Shown in pieces: positions 24,244-36,829 of a DNA stretch of 64,000 nt; within the stretch, counting starts at the first letter, position 1, and the number at the start of each line of letters is the position of its first letter. The notes below the pieces were generated by a model that was not told where the DNA came from, did not search any database, and worked only from the letters and a program-made list of their open reading frames with translations. The position numbers and the translations under genes were made by a program. Where the stretch lies: the NCBI GenBank assembly GCA_965153285.1, contig OZ229111.1; one strand, 5' to 3'. The stretch comes from Podarcis tiliguerta (Eukaryota).

Positions 24244-26695
24244 GATAATAGAGTATCTGAAGAGTGATGGAGAATCTATTCCTAAATCTCACATGTGGAG
24301 ATAAAAGTCCCAGTAGAACAAATGCCATTAAGGATTGTTTTGAGAGGCATGCAACCTGATCCCATGAATGCTTATTCAGAAATAAGCCCTGCTATGTTCA
24401 GCAATGCTTACCTTGGGGTAAGTGCGCTTAGGACTGCAATGATACAGTCCATTTTACTGTTCTTTTCTTGTTAAACACTAATGCAGCCTACCCAGTAAGT
24501 ACGGTACACAAAATAGATGGGCAGGTCTCACCTGAAACGTGGATGTTTTCTTTCTGGGATTTGGGTGGTTTGATTCCCCACCCTACCCTTCTACTGCCCA
24601 ATGGTGCTAAACTAGAAAGATAATTCCAATTCACCTGCTACTAGTGGCTCCTTTGATGGGATAGTATTTTGCTTTGGGTAATTTGACTCACAAAAGGCAA
24701 ACAGGCATGGCTATTTTTGGATGTATGCATGTAAATATCAGTCCTACAAGTATATTATTATTATTAACTTTTTTGTTGATGTTACTGTGCATAAATGTCA
24801 TAGGGGTGTATGAGTGAGTGTGAGCGCGAGTGTGAGCATGTGAGCGCATGTGCCTGTGGGTATGAAATGAAGAAATGAGTTTGAGGATGACAAGTGACAC
24901 AGGCAAAGTATTTTTTAAATCACATGACCAAAAGGCCATTCACTGGTTAAGATTGTTTTTGTTTGTTTGTTTTGATCACATGACCAAACACAGCACTTGA
25001 ACAACAAAATAAAAATGTAAAAATATATAAAAAAATTAAAATATAAAAAAATAAGAGTTCAGAGCTTTTCACTCCAGTCCTGCATGTGGGACGTGCATAG
25101 CTGTCATCTCAACCTTTCCAGATGGAAACCCATTGGCTGTCTTGAGACTGACTGCCAATGAGGGGAAACTGGGATTCTGAGAGGAAAGCTAATGCCACTA
25201 TAGCATGCATCGTGCCATATAGTCATTTTAGTTTCCCCAAAAGGTGCAAGTTGGTTTTAGGTCCATGGCTGGTGTTAATCAACAGGGACTTCTGTTGTAT
25301 TGGGGCAGTGTGCGTCCCATTCACACCTATCCACCAACATCTTGAATGGCTGCCTTTCTCTACAAAAGGGATACCAGTTCACTTTGGAAGCAAGAGGCCA
25401 TCCTAACAGGACATTTGAGGAGGCCTCAGAGACTTTGCAGGAGTGAAGCAAAGCATCTGGACTTAAAAATGCTGAATGTTCACTGTAAAAATTGTCTGTA
25501 TTGAAAGACTGCTTTGGGCTAAGGTACCATTTGCACTATAGAAGGTTAAAGAAAATTTAAAGAGACTAGGATGGGCTTTCCCTTTTGTGACACACCCTAG
25601 AGCTCAAGAAGAGATACTTTTATGTCTGTGCTTTCTCTTTTTGTAATGGCTGTGTGTGAAGATTAGTGCATATGAATCTTGGTGTCGAATCCTTTCCTGC
25701 CGAAGGCAATACACTGCGTAGTTCTGCCATCTCAGCAACCACACATTGTTCTATCTGACTTCCAAGCCACAAAGTGTCTTGTTACTGCCATGCTATTGAA
25801 TACAATGCTCATAGGGCAAACTAACTCACTAGCTGATTTCTCAGTGAAATAAACACCTACCGGCCATTTATGTACTTCTTCTTGCTATCAACTCTTTCTG
25901 AAGATCTTTAATAGTTTAGAATTAGTCAACCAATGTCCAGCTAGCTTTAGTTTCCCCCAAGTTGTCATGGACGAGCGAGAAGAACCCATGCCAAATAATT
26001 AAGTCTGGGAGAAGAGGCTGAAGTTAGACTTTTAGCACAATTACAGATTGTGCCTCATTTATGGGGAAAAGAGGAGTCCTAGAAAGACAGTTTTTTGCTG
26101 TTGCCTGCGAGTCAAGAATGTGTCAACAGGAGAATGGATGGCATAATACTTAGTACTAAAGGGCTTGCTCTTAAAACTATTTAACTCTTCTGTAAGCTTC
26201 AGCATCAATTTTGGTGTAACTTTGAGGCAAATTAGCTTTATCTCTGTATCATCTGTGGAACAGGGATATCTTTTATACCAGTAGTATGAGACTTAATTAC
26301 AGAATCCAGAAATGAGGAAAACGTAAAGGCACAGAAATGACTGACAGTTACTCTAAGTGGGGTGGGGTGTGAAGTGGTGGATTTTTTTTTGATGCCAGTG
26401 GGGGAAATTATTTATACCAGCTTTAGGCTAACATAGGTGGAGAGAACCTGATCGCTGGGCCTCTCTCAAGAGAATGAAGGGGACTTTAACCTAGCAGACT
26501 CAAATTCACCCCAACCCCATCTCCACTCTGCAATGTCCATGCAGCATTCTATGGGCACGGTGAGAGCCCCCACTGCTGAAGTGATCTGCCTAGAAGCAGA
26601 ATGCTTCTTTGCTGATAGAGAGGCACCTCTGCCTAATCCTAACCCCTCCAGCCAGTGGATCTGAGTGTTAGGACTTCTCTGTAAATTTTTCAGTA

Positions 26696-26931
26696 CAGTG
26701 GTACCTTGGTTTAAGAACGGCTTAGTTTATGAACAACTTGGATTAAGAAAGCTGCAAACCTGGAAGTAGGTGTTTTGGTTTGTGAACTTTGCCTTGGAAG
26801 CAGAACATGTTTCGCTTCCTGTTGAGTGTGTTCCATTTGTAAACTGAGTCCCCCGCTGCTATGGGAAAGCACGCCTTGGTTTAAGAACGGGCTTCCGGAA
26901 TGGATTAAGTTCGTAAACCAAGGTACCACTG
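26696..26931. mobile_element. Tc1/mariner-type MITE, second subfamily
   Basis: TA|CAGTGGTACCTTGGTTTA...TAAACCAAGGTACCACTG|TA; internal sequence differs from the 5052 family. Confidence 0.9.
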
Positions 26932-29900
26932 TACCTATTTATTGGAAAAAAGAAACCAATCTAATTCTGCTGGCATTTTGCTGCCTTCAAAAATCATGCC
27001 ATATCATACCTTATTTTTGATGCTGGTTTTTTACATGGTTTCATTGCCATTTATCAAATTGACACAGTTATGGTCTGTTTCACTTAACAAATTTAGAGTT
27101 AGTTAAGAATTATGTCACAGACCTTTTACCGTGAAAACAGTATTCCTCTCTCAGTTGAACAAGCTCCTAGCTGTTCGCTTTGCCAAAAATCCACCATTGC
27201 ACATATTTTCTAATCTCTCCTGCCCCATAGGGGTTACTGACTGAAAACACAAAAATTAAATTAAGATGGCACTCATTTATGAGGAACTGGGGTCAGAACA
27301 ACTGGATCTTGTAACAGCTGTTATTTCACATACATCTTAGAAAAAGAAAATTAGAGGAAAGCAAACACAAATAAGGATTGCCTTGGCTATATTTCTCTTC
27401 TGTGTTGTATAAACTAAATTTGTTCTGTAACTGGTTTTAGTCTGTCCAGTATATCATAACCATTGCTTCTGTTCCAATTTCTCTTTGTCCTTTTTTAGAT
27501 TTTTTTTGTACAATAAATATATATAGCAAAAAGCATTTTCTTCGTTTAATGCACTGGCAGAGTTTTAAATCTTAAAAAGTTTATAGCTCAAGAATCCCTG
27601 TATTTGAGTGTCCAGCAAAGCCACTATGTACAATTTGAGGCTGAGTTATTATACTTTGGGATATCTTTGGTTCTATTCCTAAGAAGGAAAATATTAGAAT
27701 AGAAAGTTTGCACTCATGTGCAAGGCTGGAGCTATGTATCCCGGTTCCCAGAACCATACGTTATACTTCCCCTGGAGAGCTGGCGTTGATATGATTCTTG
27801 AATCAGTTACAAGAAGATATACCGGTAGCTACAAGGATGCTGGAAGAAGGAGACCCACCTTATTTTGAAACCTTCGTTATTCCATATTCCATATTCCTAG
27901 CAACTTGTTTCTCCCCATTAAGTTTTTTTTTAACAGCAAGAAACAAAGAGTCCAAAGGTCTTAGCTCTCAGTTTCCCTTGTTTACTCTCCAACACCATCT
28001 TACTGGGCACCATACCATTCATATCGCTGGAGCAATCTGATTATGCTCAAGCATGCTTGCGGTCAGAACACAGGGGACCTAACCTTATTTTTAAAAAACA
28101 GCCTTATGATTCCTAGCCCCTAGCGAATTCTTGGACAGGATCAAAAAATGTTCCCTAATGCCTCTCATTTTTTTCTTACATGCCCTAACACTGAATCATC
28201 AAACTATATAACTGAGAAATATTCCAAAGCAGCCTTTCGCAATTGTTTCCTCTTAGTCCTTGTTCCCAGATTAAGGCTGCAATCCTGAACACATTTATGA
28301 CAAAAACACAACAGGACATTTCCAAGTAAACATGCACAGGATTGCATTGTGAGAGAGAAAGGAACTCTGATCACCTTAAAGGTGGACGGAGGATGGATAT
28401 CAGAGTTTCTCATTTTTGTTGATAAGCTCTAAAAGAAAAACCCACTGAGGATTGGAACCTAAACTGAAACTGAATTACTTTTGATTCTCTAGGTCATCCT
28501 TCCCTAATGTGCTCTCCTGATTGCTTGGACTACAACTATCCAGTAGTCTGGAATCAAAAGAGCTGTACGCCAAAACACCCAGAGGACACCACATTGGGGA
28601 AGGCTGTCACAGGAAAAAAAACCCTAATACTAACATACCATTTAAGCACTATATGTATATAATTTAAATAGCATTTCCATCATTCCTAAGTGCTTATCTG
28701 GCATGTGTCGCAAAAATCAAAATGGGTCAATGCCTTATTAAAACAATATTCTAATATCATTTAGCCCATGACTATTATTTTTTTAGATCTACTTTGCATC
28801 CGTCCTACAGCTCTAAATCACATACTCTAGTCCAGAGCAATGAGCTATACCCAGGCTATCATGCACAAGGATTGCCGTGCATGGGCCTGCTGGACAGATG
28901 GTGGTGTCAAACTCTGAGAGTGCGCTGATCACCTGCTGGGAGAGAAAAGGGGAGCTGACTTCAGTCCATTCCCCTGTACAAATGGATGACTGTCAAGGCT
29001 GTCAGCTCTAAGAGTGGCAATCAAGGTTATGTGCAGCCCTAAGTAGTGGGTTGTGTGCTAGAGATGCAATCCAAAAAAGGATGCTGTGGAAAGCCTGTAT
29101 TTATATGCAGATTATCCTTGCTGGCACCAGCTGTTTAATACGATCACTATTATAAGTGATTTAAGGTGTTTAATACAACCACTAAGTGATTTAAAGCAGT
29201 CACCTTTGGAAATGCTTCTACCGCCATAGCATCTAAATTTATTGATGGTAAATTGCTCCACTGATGAGATTTAGTTAGCGCTCGTTCATCTAGCACCATT
29301 TTCTCATGTCTTGTGACAAACACTGAAACTTGGGAAAGAGCGGCAGCAATTCATTTAGTTCTCTCATCCAAGTTGTGGAGATGGTTAGAATGTCAGCAAG
29401 TCCTTTCTTCCCACAGAATGTACAACCGCTAATAAGCCATCACTTTCACATGGAGAACGCACAACCAGACCCCAAAATAATCAAGTCCGGCATTCTAGAC
29501 AGGGACAGCACAGTGCAAGCTAAAGCAAGCATTATTAATAAAACCCAGGGTTGTAGCTATTCCTAGAAAAGAAAGCAGAGTGTAGTGCTCCCAAGAAAGA
29601 ATGACACACTGAGAAGTTCAGATTGAAATGGAAGATGGGCACTCCAGTTGCTGACCTGGTGCCACCTCATAAAGAACCGGACAACATTGTCAAAATCCGG
29701 GGGGGGGGGGGGGAGTATAAAAAAAATAAACAAACTGGAAAAAACAGCTCTCCCAAATAGCCCTTAATGCTTCACACTTAAAGTCACTACCGATCACACC
29801 AGTGTTAACTTATCCTTCCCATTCATTTTGATCCACTCTGTGTAACCCTAAAGGGAAGGCACCAGGACAAAAAGAACTCTGCCCCCCCCCCCAATGCCTT

Positions 29901-30851
29901 TCAAATACCTTTCAAGGTGAGATTTGAATGATTCTTACTAGGCAAATGAACCTTTGCCTAACGCCAACACTTTGCTAAACACAGGACTGAATAGAACTGC
30001 ACTCTTCTGACTGTTCTGTCCAAATCGGAAAGATCCCAATCCAAGTCAAACAAAACATGTTTGGCAAGTGTGGTGGGTTTATGTCCTTGGATCAGGAAAT
30101 ATACACATCTAATAATCACTGCCTTAGCCCTAACGCTACATGGTTCTTCACAATGACATACATAGAGGAAGGATGTATCCTACTTGGTGCAATAATCCAC
30201 ACCATTCTTCTCTCCTTCAGCATTTTACCTTTATCCCTGTAACCATGAAGGCAAGGTCCTGGACAGAACTGTGCATGTCTGAGTGCTATGTAGGATCTAG
30301 TAAAGCACTGATAATTTTACTTTTATTATTTATCTTTACTTTATTTTATTTAAAGAATGCAGATTATATAAAGGAAATCAAATACTGTCCCGAAAGGCAG
30401 ACCCGCAAACAAAAAAGTTATTCCATCTGTTTTGCTGTCCCAAAATTGTAAAAGCTGAGATTTACAACTGGCCAGAAGTGCTGCAGGAAACTGGATCATG
30501 GGATGTTGTTTTATGGAGCCCTCATTAGGAGGTGACAGGTATGCTGAGAATGCAAGAGCTAATTACATTGCCCCAATCAGAGGAAGTGGTGTGAATATAT
30601 ACACACATGGACATGAAACCGATCAGAGCAACCCTAGCTTGCTGGCTACATGTGTTGTCTGGGTGAAAGGGCTTGGCGAACAGAAGTTGCTTCGTAAAAC
30701 AGGATAGAGGGAAGTAGTTGTGGCAGTTCAAGATAAGGAAGGCTCTGAAAACACAGGTTTATTTCATTAAGCACCTGTGTATGACCAAATAAATATGTGC
30801 CAAGCTCTAAGCAGCTCAAATCAGCCAACTTCATTAAGCTGACTCTTAGGT

Positions 30852-31196
30852 AAAAGGTAAAGGGACCCCTGACTGTTAGGTCCAGTTGCAGATGACTCTG
30901 GGGTTGCGGCGTTCATCTCGCTTTATTGGCCGAGGGAGCTGGCGTACAGCTTCAGGGTCATGTGGCCAGCATGACTAAGCCGCTACTGGCAAACCACAGC
31001 AGCGCACGGAAACGCCGTTTACCTTCCCCCTGGAGCGATACCTATTTATCTACTTGCATGTGCTTTCAAACTGCTAGGTTGGCAGGAGCAGGGACCGAGA
31101 AACGGGAGCTCACCCCGTCGCGGGGATTTGAACCGCGACCTTCTGATCGGCAAGCCCTAGGCTCAGTTATTTATACCACAGCGCCACCCGCGTCCC
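30852..31196 (-). mobile_element. Sauria SINE, full length
   Basis: tRNA-like head GGGACGCGGGTGGCGCTGTGG on the minus strand, ACCTTT tail, TSD actcttaggt (30842-30851, 31197-31206). Confidence 0.95.
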
Positions 31197-32584
31197 ACTC
31201 TTAGGTTTCCTCAAACAACTTAGTTTAAAATGCTTGCTCTTCCTCAATCAGATATTCTGGAGAGCCTTCTTCATGTGATATTTTGCATCCACAGAATTTC
31301 CAGGACACTTTAGAACACACATGCAGATTACACCCAAACCAATGTATACAATCTACAGAGCCTTCCCAAAAGATATTCCACAGACATTAAATAACACTGC
31401 TAAAACTAGTCATCAGAGGAAGGAATTTCCAAGACAATCTCCATGGGAATTTTATAAATGTTCCTTCCAGCTGCAACATATAAATAATAATCCAGTACAC
31501 AACACGGTACTAGCTCCTGTAAGTAATTGTTTGGTTCAAATATGGTTGTAGAGGATAAGTGCAAATTCACAGAGGACAGATTTATCTATGATTTATTACC
31601 CATGTGTTCAGAGATAGCATCTTCTAATTACCAGATGCTGGGACAAGCAACAATATATGCTATCACCACCATGCCCTGCTTATGAATCTTCCTAAGGCAA
31701 CTGCCTGACTGCCAATGGAGTCAGAATGCTGAATACACAGGTCTTTCATCTGATCAAGTAAGGCAATGTTTAAGTTCTCGTGAACCACTAACATATGGAC
31801 TCTTAGCAGCAACCTAGTCCATGTTTCCTTAGAGGCACCTATTTGTGCTTTTTCTGCAGTTTCCCCATCTTCTCCTCATTTATTAATGTATGTTAGATGT
31901 TGTACAAGTCCACTCCTAAAGGTTCACAAATCTTAACAAAAATATTTTAAAACTAACTCTCCGATGTTTCATCTCTATCCTAAATTTTGTCTCTATTCCA
32001 TTAGTTGTGTGCTTTTCTTCCTAACTCAATAATGGAAACCTTTTATTTAAGATCTCACATATTTTTAAGGTGAATCTCTGTCAACTGCACTTGTATTTTC
32101 AGTTTGTGCAGCCTCCTTGCCAGTGATTTCTTTACTGTGGGTAGGAAACAACTGACTAAAGCTCTGCATTTCCTAAGAATTCAGCAGCTTGAAGGGCTGA
32201 TAAAATGGGAACACCCTATTGGAATTTATTGTTATGTATTGTTAAGGGTGAGCGGCACACATGGACCCCGCAGGTTCCATTGGAATTGATAAAAAAGGAG
32301 AATGAGAAGATCTGTGAAGAAGAGGGAGAGGCAGAGGGATGACAAAGAAAGAAAAGGAGAAAAGAGGGAGGGGGCACGTGTTCAGCTGGTACAGCTGTGG
32401 ACAAACCAAAGAGACATCAAGAACTTCCTTTATTATTATTGAAGAACAACCCTGGTCAAGGGTGGCATGTAACCAAGGAAAGCTGGATCAATAAATTAGG
32501 CCAATATTTTATACATTAACCAGTCACAGTATTTCATAGTTTTGTATTTCACTTCCTCTTATTAATTGTACTGTATATTAATAG

Positions 32585-32949
32585 GCAGGGACGCGGGTGG
32601 CGCTGTGGGTAAAAGCCTCAGCGCCTAGGACTTGCCGATCGAAAGGTCGGTGGTTCGAATCCCCGTGGCGGGGTGCGCTCCTGTCGCTCGGTCCCAGCGC
32701 CTGCCAACCTAGCAGTTCGAAAGCACCCCCGGGTGCAAGTAGATAAATAGGGACCGCTTACTAGCGGGAAGGTAAACGGCGTTCCGTGTGCTGCGCTGGC
32801 TCGCCAGATGCAGCTTGTCACACTGGCCACGTGACCCGGAAGTGTCTGCGGACAGCGCTGGCCCCCGGCCTATAGAGTGAGATGGGCGCACAACCCTAGA
32901 GTCTGTCAAGACTGGCCCATATGGGCAGGGGTACCTTTACCTTTACCTT
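32585..32949 (+). mobile_element. Sauria SINE, full length (second subfamily)
   Basis: Head gggacgcgggtggcgctgtggg, B-box ggttcgaatcc, (ACCTTT)3 tail, TSD tatattaatag (32574-32584, 32950-32960). Confidence 0.95.
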
Positions 32950-35617
32950 TATATTAATAGTAAATTAATGTTTGTGGCTAACAATGAACATACCAACCAT
33001 CTAAGGCTCTTTTGGGAAGAAGAGCAGAATATAAATTTAATAAATAAATGCATAATAAAAAATTCTGAAAATGGCTGTTTCTGTTTGACTAGCCTCAATA
33101 TTCTCTGGGGCCTTTACAAGTAGGGACATGAACAAGATACGGATGCCCAAAGCTCAGATCAGGTAAGCAGGATAGGAAAGCAAAGTCAGGGCCTGCTGGG
33201 AATGATATTCCTTGCTGGCTGGTGTTTACTTAAGTTTTCATAGTATATTATTCTGGGTTGTTGTGAGAATAAAATGGAGAGGAGGAGGAAAAACCATGTA
33301 TGCCACCACAAACTCCTTAAAGGAAAGGTGGAATATAAATATTAAAAGTTTAAAATTAATCAGGAAATACCGCAACCTCAGCTGAATGAAAGAAAAGGCA
33401 TTTATCTGAAACTGAATCAGGAGTACCAGGCAAAGGATGCCACTAACCCACTGATAGATTAGATAGAATCCAGCTTACTGAAAATGCGGAGAAGTGAGCT
33501 ATACTGAGAAAAATGTGGAAAGCTGAACAAGAATGTTAAACTGGGTGACAGAGACATCTGAGGGTCTACTTGTGCTTTCTATCATTTAATGATGATACTT
33601 TTTACACTAAAATGGGGGGGGACCCCACTAAGCAAACCAGAGAGGTATAAAAGGTGTAATAATGCTGTGGAAAGGTACATTTCTAATATGGCTCAGAAAA
33701 ATGAAATTGGGAACGACTGGATAACACAAAGATAAGCTACAGTTGAAGAGAGAGAGAACAACCTTTTAAAATAACTGAGATACTCACAATCAACTGAATA
33801 ATAGACTGATCATGTGCATTTGCAGTGTCAGACTGGTGGAGAAATTAGGTCCCATAACTCAAAAGATATTTTAGGGGGAAACTCTGCAGCCCTGCAGAAA
33901 TGGTTTGACAAGATCCTTGATCATTTAGAGCAAGAGGAGGAGGCAACTTAGATAAAATAGGTCGTGGTATCTCAGCAAGCAAGGTTGGAAGAGATGCTAT
34001 AAAAACGTTATCTGGTCTGCAAGAAAGCTACAGAAGCAAAAATTAAATCTGAGAAGAGGCAGAATGAAACTAGAGTTTAGCAGCTAGAAAATTAAAACTC
34101 ATGGTTTTATGACACTGTACAAGTCTTGGGAGTCTTGGGGAAATGAAGACAAGTATCCAGAGACTCTCACATAATAAAGCGAGGGGGAAACTGCAACATA
34201 GCATTCACAACCTGCAGCAAGAGAAAAGAATGGGGATTTAATTTTCCCCCTCTAGTAACATGGAAACACTGCAGCTAAAATCAAACACCCTAAAAAAACT
34301 CCTCTAAAATGATGGGCAGAACTTGGAGGGGCAGATTTCTTGATGAAGGTGAATGTTGAAGTAAATCTGAAAATACTTGACTCAAAAAACAAATACACAC
34401 TACTCAGGTATACCAGAGTGCTAACAGCAACACCACAACTTTTAGCTCAGATTGAAAACATATAGGTTAAGTCTCATGACAAGATGTCTTGCTTAGTAGC
34501 AAATAAATGAAAGGTTTGGAAAACCTACTAACTGAAACTTGATGCTCTCTATATATCAAGCCAGTGCCATTTCCCCCTGAAATATTCCCAAGAACCAACT
34601 TCTGCCGTGCTTGGACCCATTGCCACTTTTAGGGGTTGGATATGGGCTTAAGCGCACTGGGGAACGCACTGGAGGTGAGGCTGCTCTGACAGTTTGGCGA
34701 GGAAAAATTATTTCTTAATTCCAAGACGTTTTATACACGTTATTTAGATGCATATATTCTGCTTCATCCAAATGGATGGATTGCATCTGCCTATAACTTT
34801 AAGCACCAATCCTGCTACTCCCAGTACAAAACACTAGCAGGTGCTTTCTTCCCATCATGCTTTCCACAATGCAACACCTTCCTCAGAAGAAAGTAATATA
34901 GCCAAGAGTGGCTTTCCAGATAGGACCTGAACTTATACAAACAATCATGCCTCTGGAACTTATTTTATGCCCCTCACTTGGAGGAAAGCATCTATTGTGG
35001 TAATAGCAAGACTATCAGGACCGAAAAGTTTCTGCTTGGGTGTGCATGTTTGTTGTGAAGGGAGATGTTGAAAGTTTAATGAGCAATTGCTATTGTTCTG
35101 GTCATGTCTGTATCACCTGCTTCTGCTTGGTGACTAGCTGACCTAATTTAAAGAGAGAGTGTCTGTATGGATATGGGGGATAGATAGGAGCACAATCTGA
35201 GGAAGGACTGGACAAATGAGAACAGTGATAGTGACGGCTATGCCTCGTGCTGACGGCCACCCACAAACCAGGGCCAAAACTTGTGCCAGCTATGACATAA
35301 TATAGGCTTTCTAGCCTTCCTCTTTGCTGCCGCATAACAAGTCTGCCCTCATACAAATGCCCACAGTAATTAAAACATGGAGCAAGAAAGCATGATTGGC
35401 TTCCACCTGACTTGCTCATGGAAGATAATGTGGCCAGGAAGCATGCACAGAAAAGGGGGGTCTCTGAAGCCATCTGTTTCTCATTCGAGGTATGTCCTGG
35501 ACTCCTTTGGGAGGAAGGGCGGTATATAAATTTAATAAATGCCTTCAAACAGCAGCATAGAAGCACCTGAATTTGTGGCCCACAATTTAGGATCTGCTAG
35601 CTGATCCTCTTTAAAAC

Positions 35618-35751
35618 NNNNNNNNNNNNNNNNNNNNNNNNNNNNNNNNNNNNNNNNNNNNNNNNNNNNNNNNNNNNNNNNNNNNNNNNNNNNNNNNNNN
35701 NNNNNNNNNNNNNNNNNNNNNNNNNNNNNNNNNNNNNNNNNNNNNNNNNNN
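35618..35751. other. Assembly gap (134 N)
   Basis: Run of N. It abuts an L2 copy whose microsatellite tail probably lies in the gap. Confidence 1.
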
Positions 35752-36068
35752 TGGGTTTCCCCAGCCACTCTGGGTGGCTTCCAACAAAACACTAAAATAC
35801 AATAACCAATTAAATAACCTATTAAATAATAACCTATTAAACATTAAAAGCTTCCCTAAACAGGGCTGCCTTCAGATGTCTTCTAAAAGTTTGGTAGTTA
35901 TTTTTCTCTTTGACATCTGGTGGGAGGGCGTTCCACAGGGTGGGTGCCACTACCGAGAAGGCCCTCTGCCTGGTTCCCTGCAACTTGGATTCTCGCAGCA
36001 AGGGGACCACCAGAAGGCCCTTGGTGCTGGACCTCAGCGTCCGGGCAGAACGATGGAGGTGGAGACGC
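35752..36068 (-). mobile_element. L2-clade LINE 3' fragment (young)
   Basis: QRAFSVVAPTLWNALPPDVKEKNNYQTFRRHLKAALFREAF; near-identical to 58883-59243. Confidence 0.9.
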
Positions 36069-36728
36069 CAGGGATTCAGCTTAGGACCTGGCTGGAACTG
36101 CAACAACTGCAGAGTCAACGTCACTCTGAAGTCGAGGGACGTTATCCTCAACATGTGCAGTCAGCTGGCCACAGGGGGTCTTCAAATGTTCCAGAGGTCT
36201 CTCCACCACAACGGGAGCCAGTCATCTCTTGATAATTTGAAGTAGCTCTGCTGGGCAGCTGCTAAGGAATGTACACAGGCTGCAAAATGGCCCTCATTGT
36301 GGTCTCATGGTAGGCATGATTATGTGTACTAACCAGTGTTTGGTTGACTTCAGGGTGAGACTTGTATCACTTGCATGATCTACTTGAGATCCCTGCATTG
36401 TATAGGGTTGGACTAGCTGGCCCACAGGACCCCTTCCAACTCTCAAAAGTAACATATATGGTCATATCCAGCACACTTATGAACTCTGCCTTAATTCTTG
36501 CAGAGCGCTGGATATTTTCCTCTGTTGTCTAATATTCATTCCCAAAGCTAACGTACATTTGTGGATGACATCCCCTTATCACCTTGTTAATAAGTGATAA
36601 TACAAAAACATTATTTACCCCACCATTGTGTTAGAAAAAACAGTGGCAGAAACTGTATAAATTGATTCCAACAACATCCACAACCGGCCCAAACAAACTT
36701 GCCCCACAAACAAAGAGGAAAGCAAAGT

Positions 36729-36829
36729 GGGACCAAACACAACAGAGATCCAGTTAATATCTGAGGAAGAAATCCCGAAGCAGGGACCAAACACAACAGA
36801 GATCCAGTTACTATCTGAGGAAGAAATCC
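36729..36829 (+). repeat. Tandem duplication, period 54 bp
   Basis: gggaccaaacacaacagagatccagtta.tatctgaggaagaaatcc twice (36729 and 36783). Confidence 0.95.

Larger units (their letters stand above)
17391..27540 (+). other. GDF11: Probable GDF11 3' UTR with alternative polyadenylation (extent inferred)
   Basis: AATAAA at 17867, 20106, 21503, 25008 and 27512. The 27512 signal sits in a typical mRNA-end context (U-rich tract, TGTA just upstream). The region is poor in young TEs. Confidence 0.5.

Noticed and set aside
36745-36775. c-Myc epitope-like QLISEEE suggesting vector contamination
   Set aside because: It is only a partial resemblance inside a genomic tandem duplication, with no vector sequence nearby.
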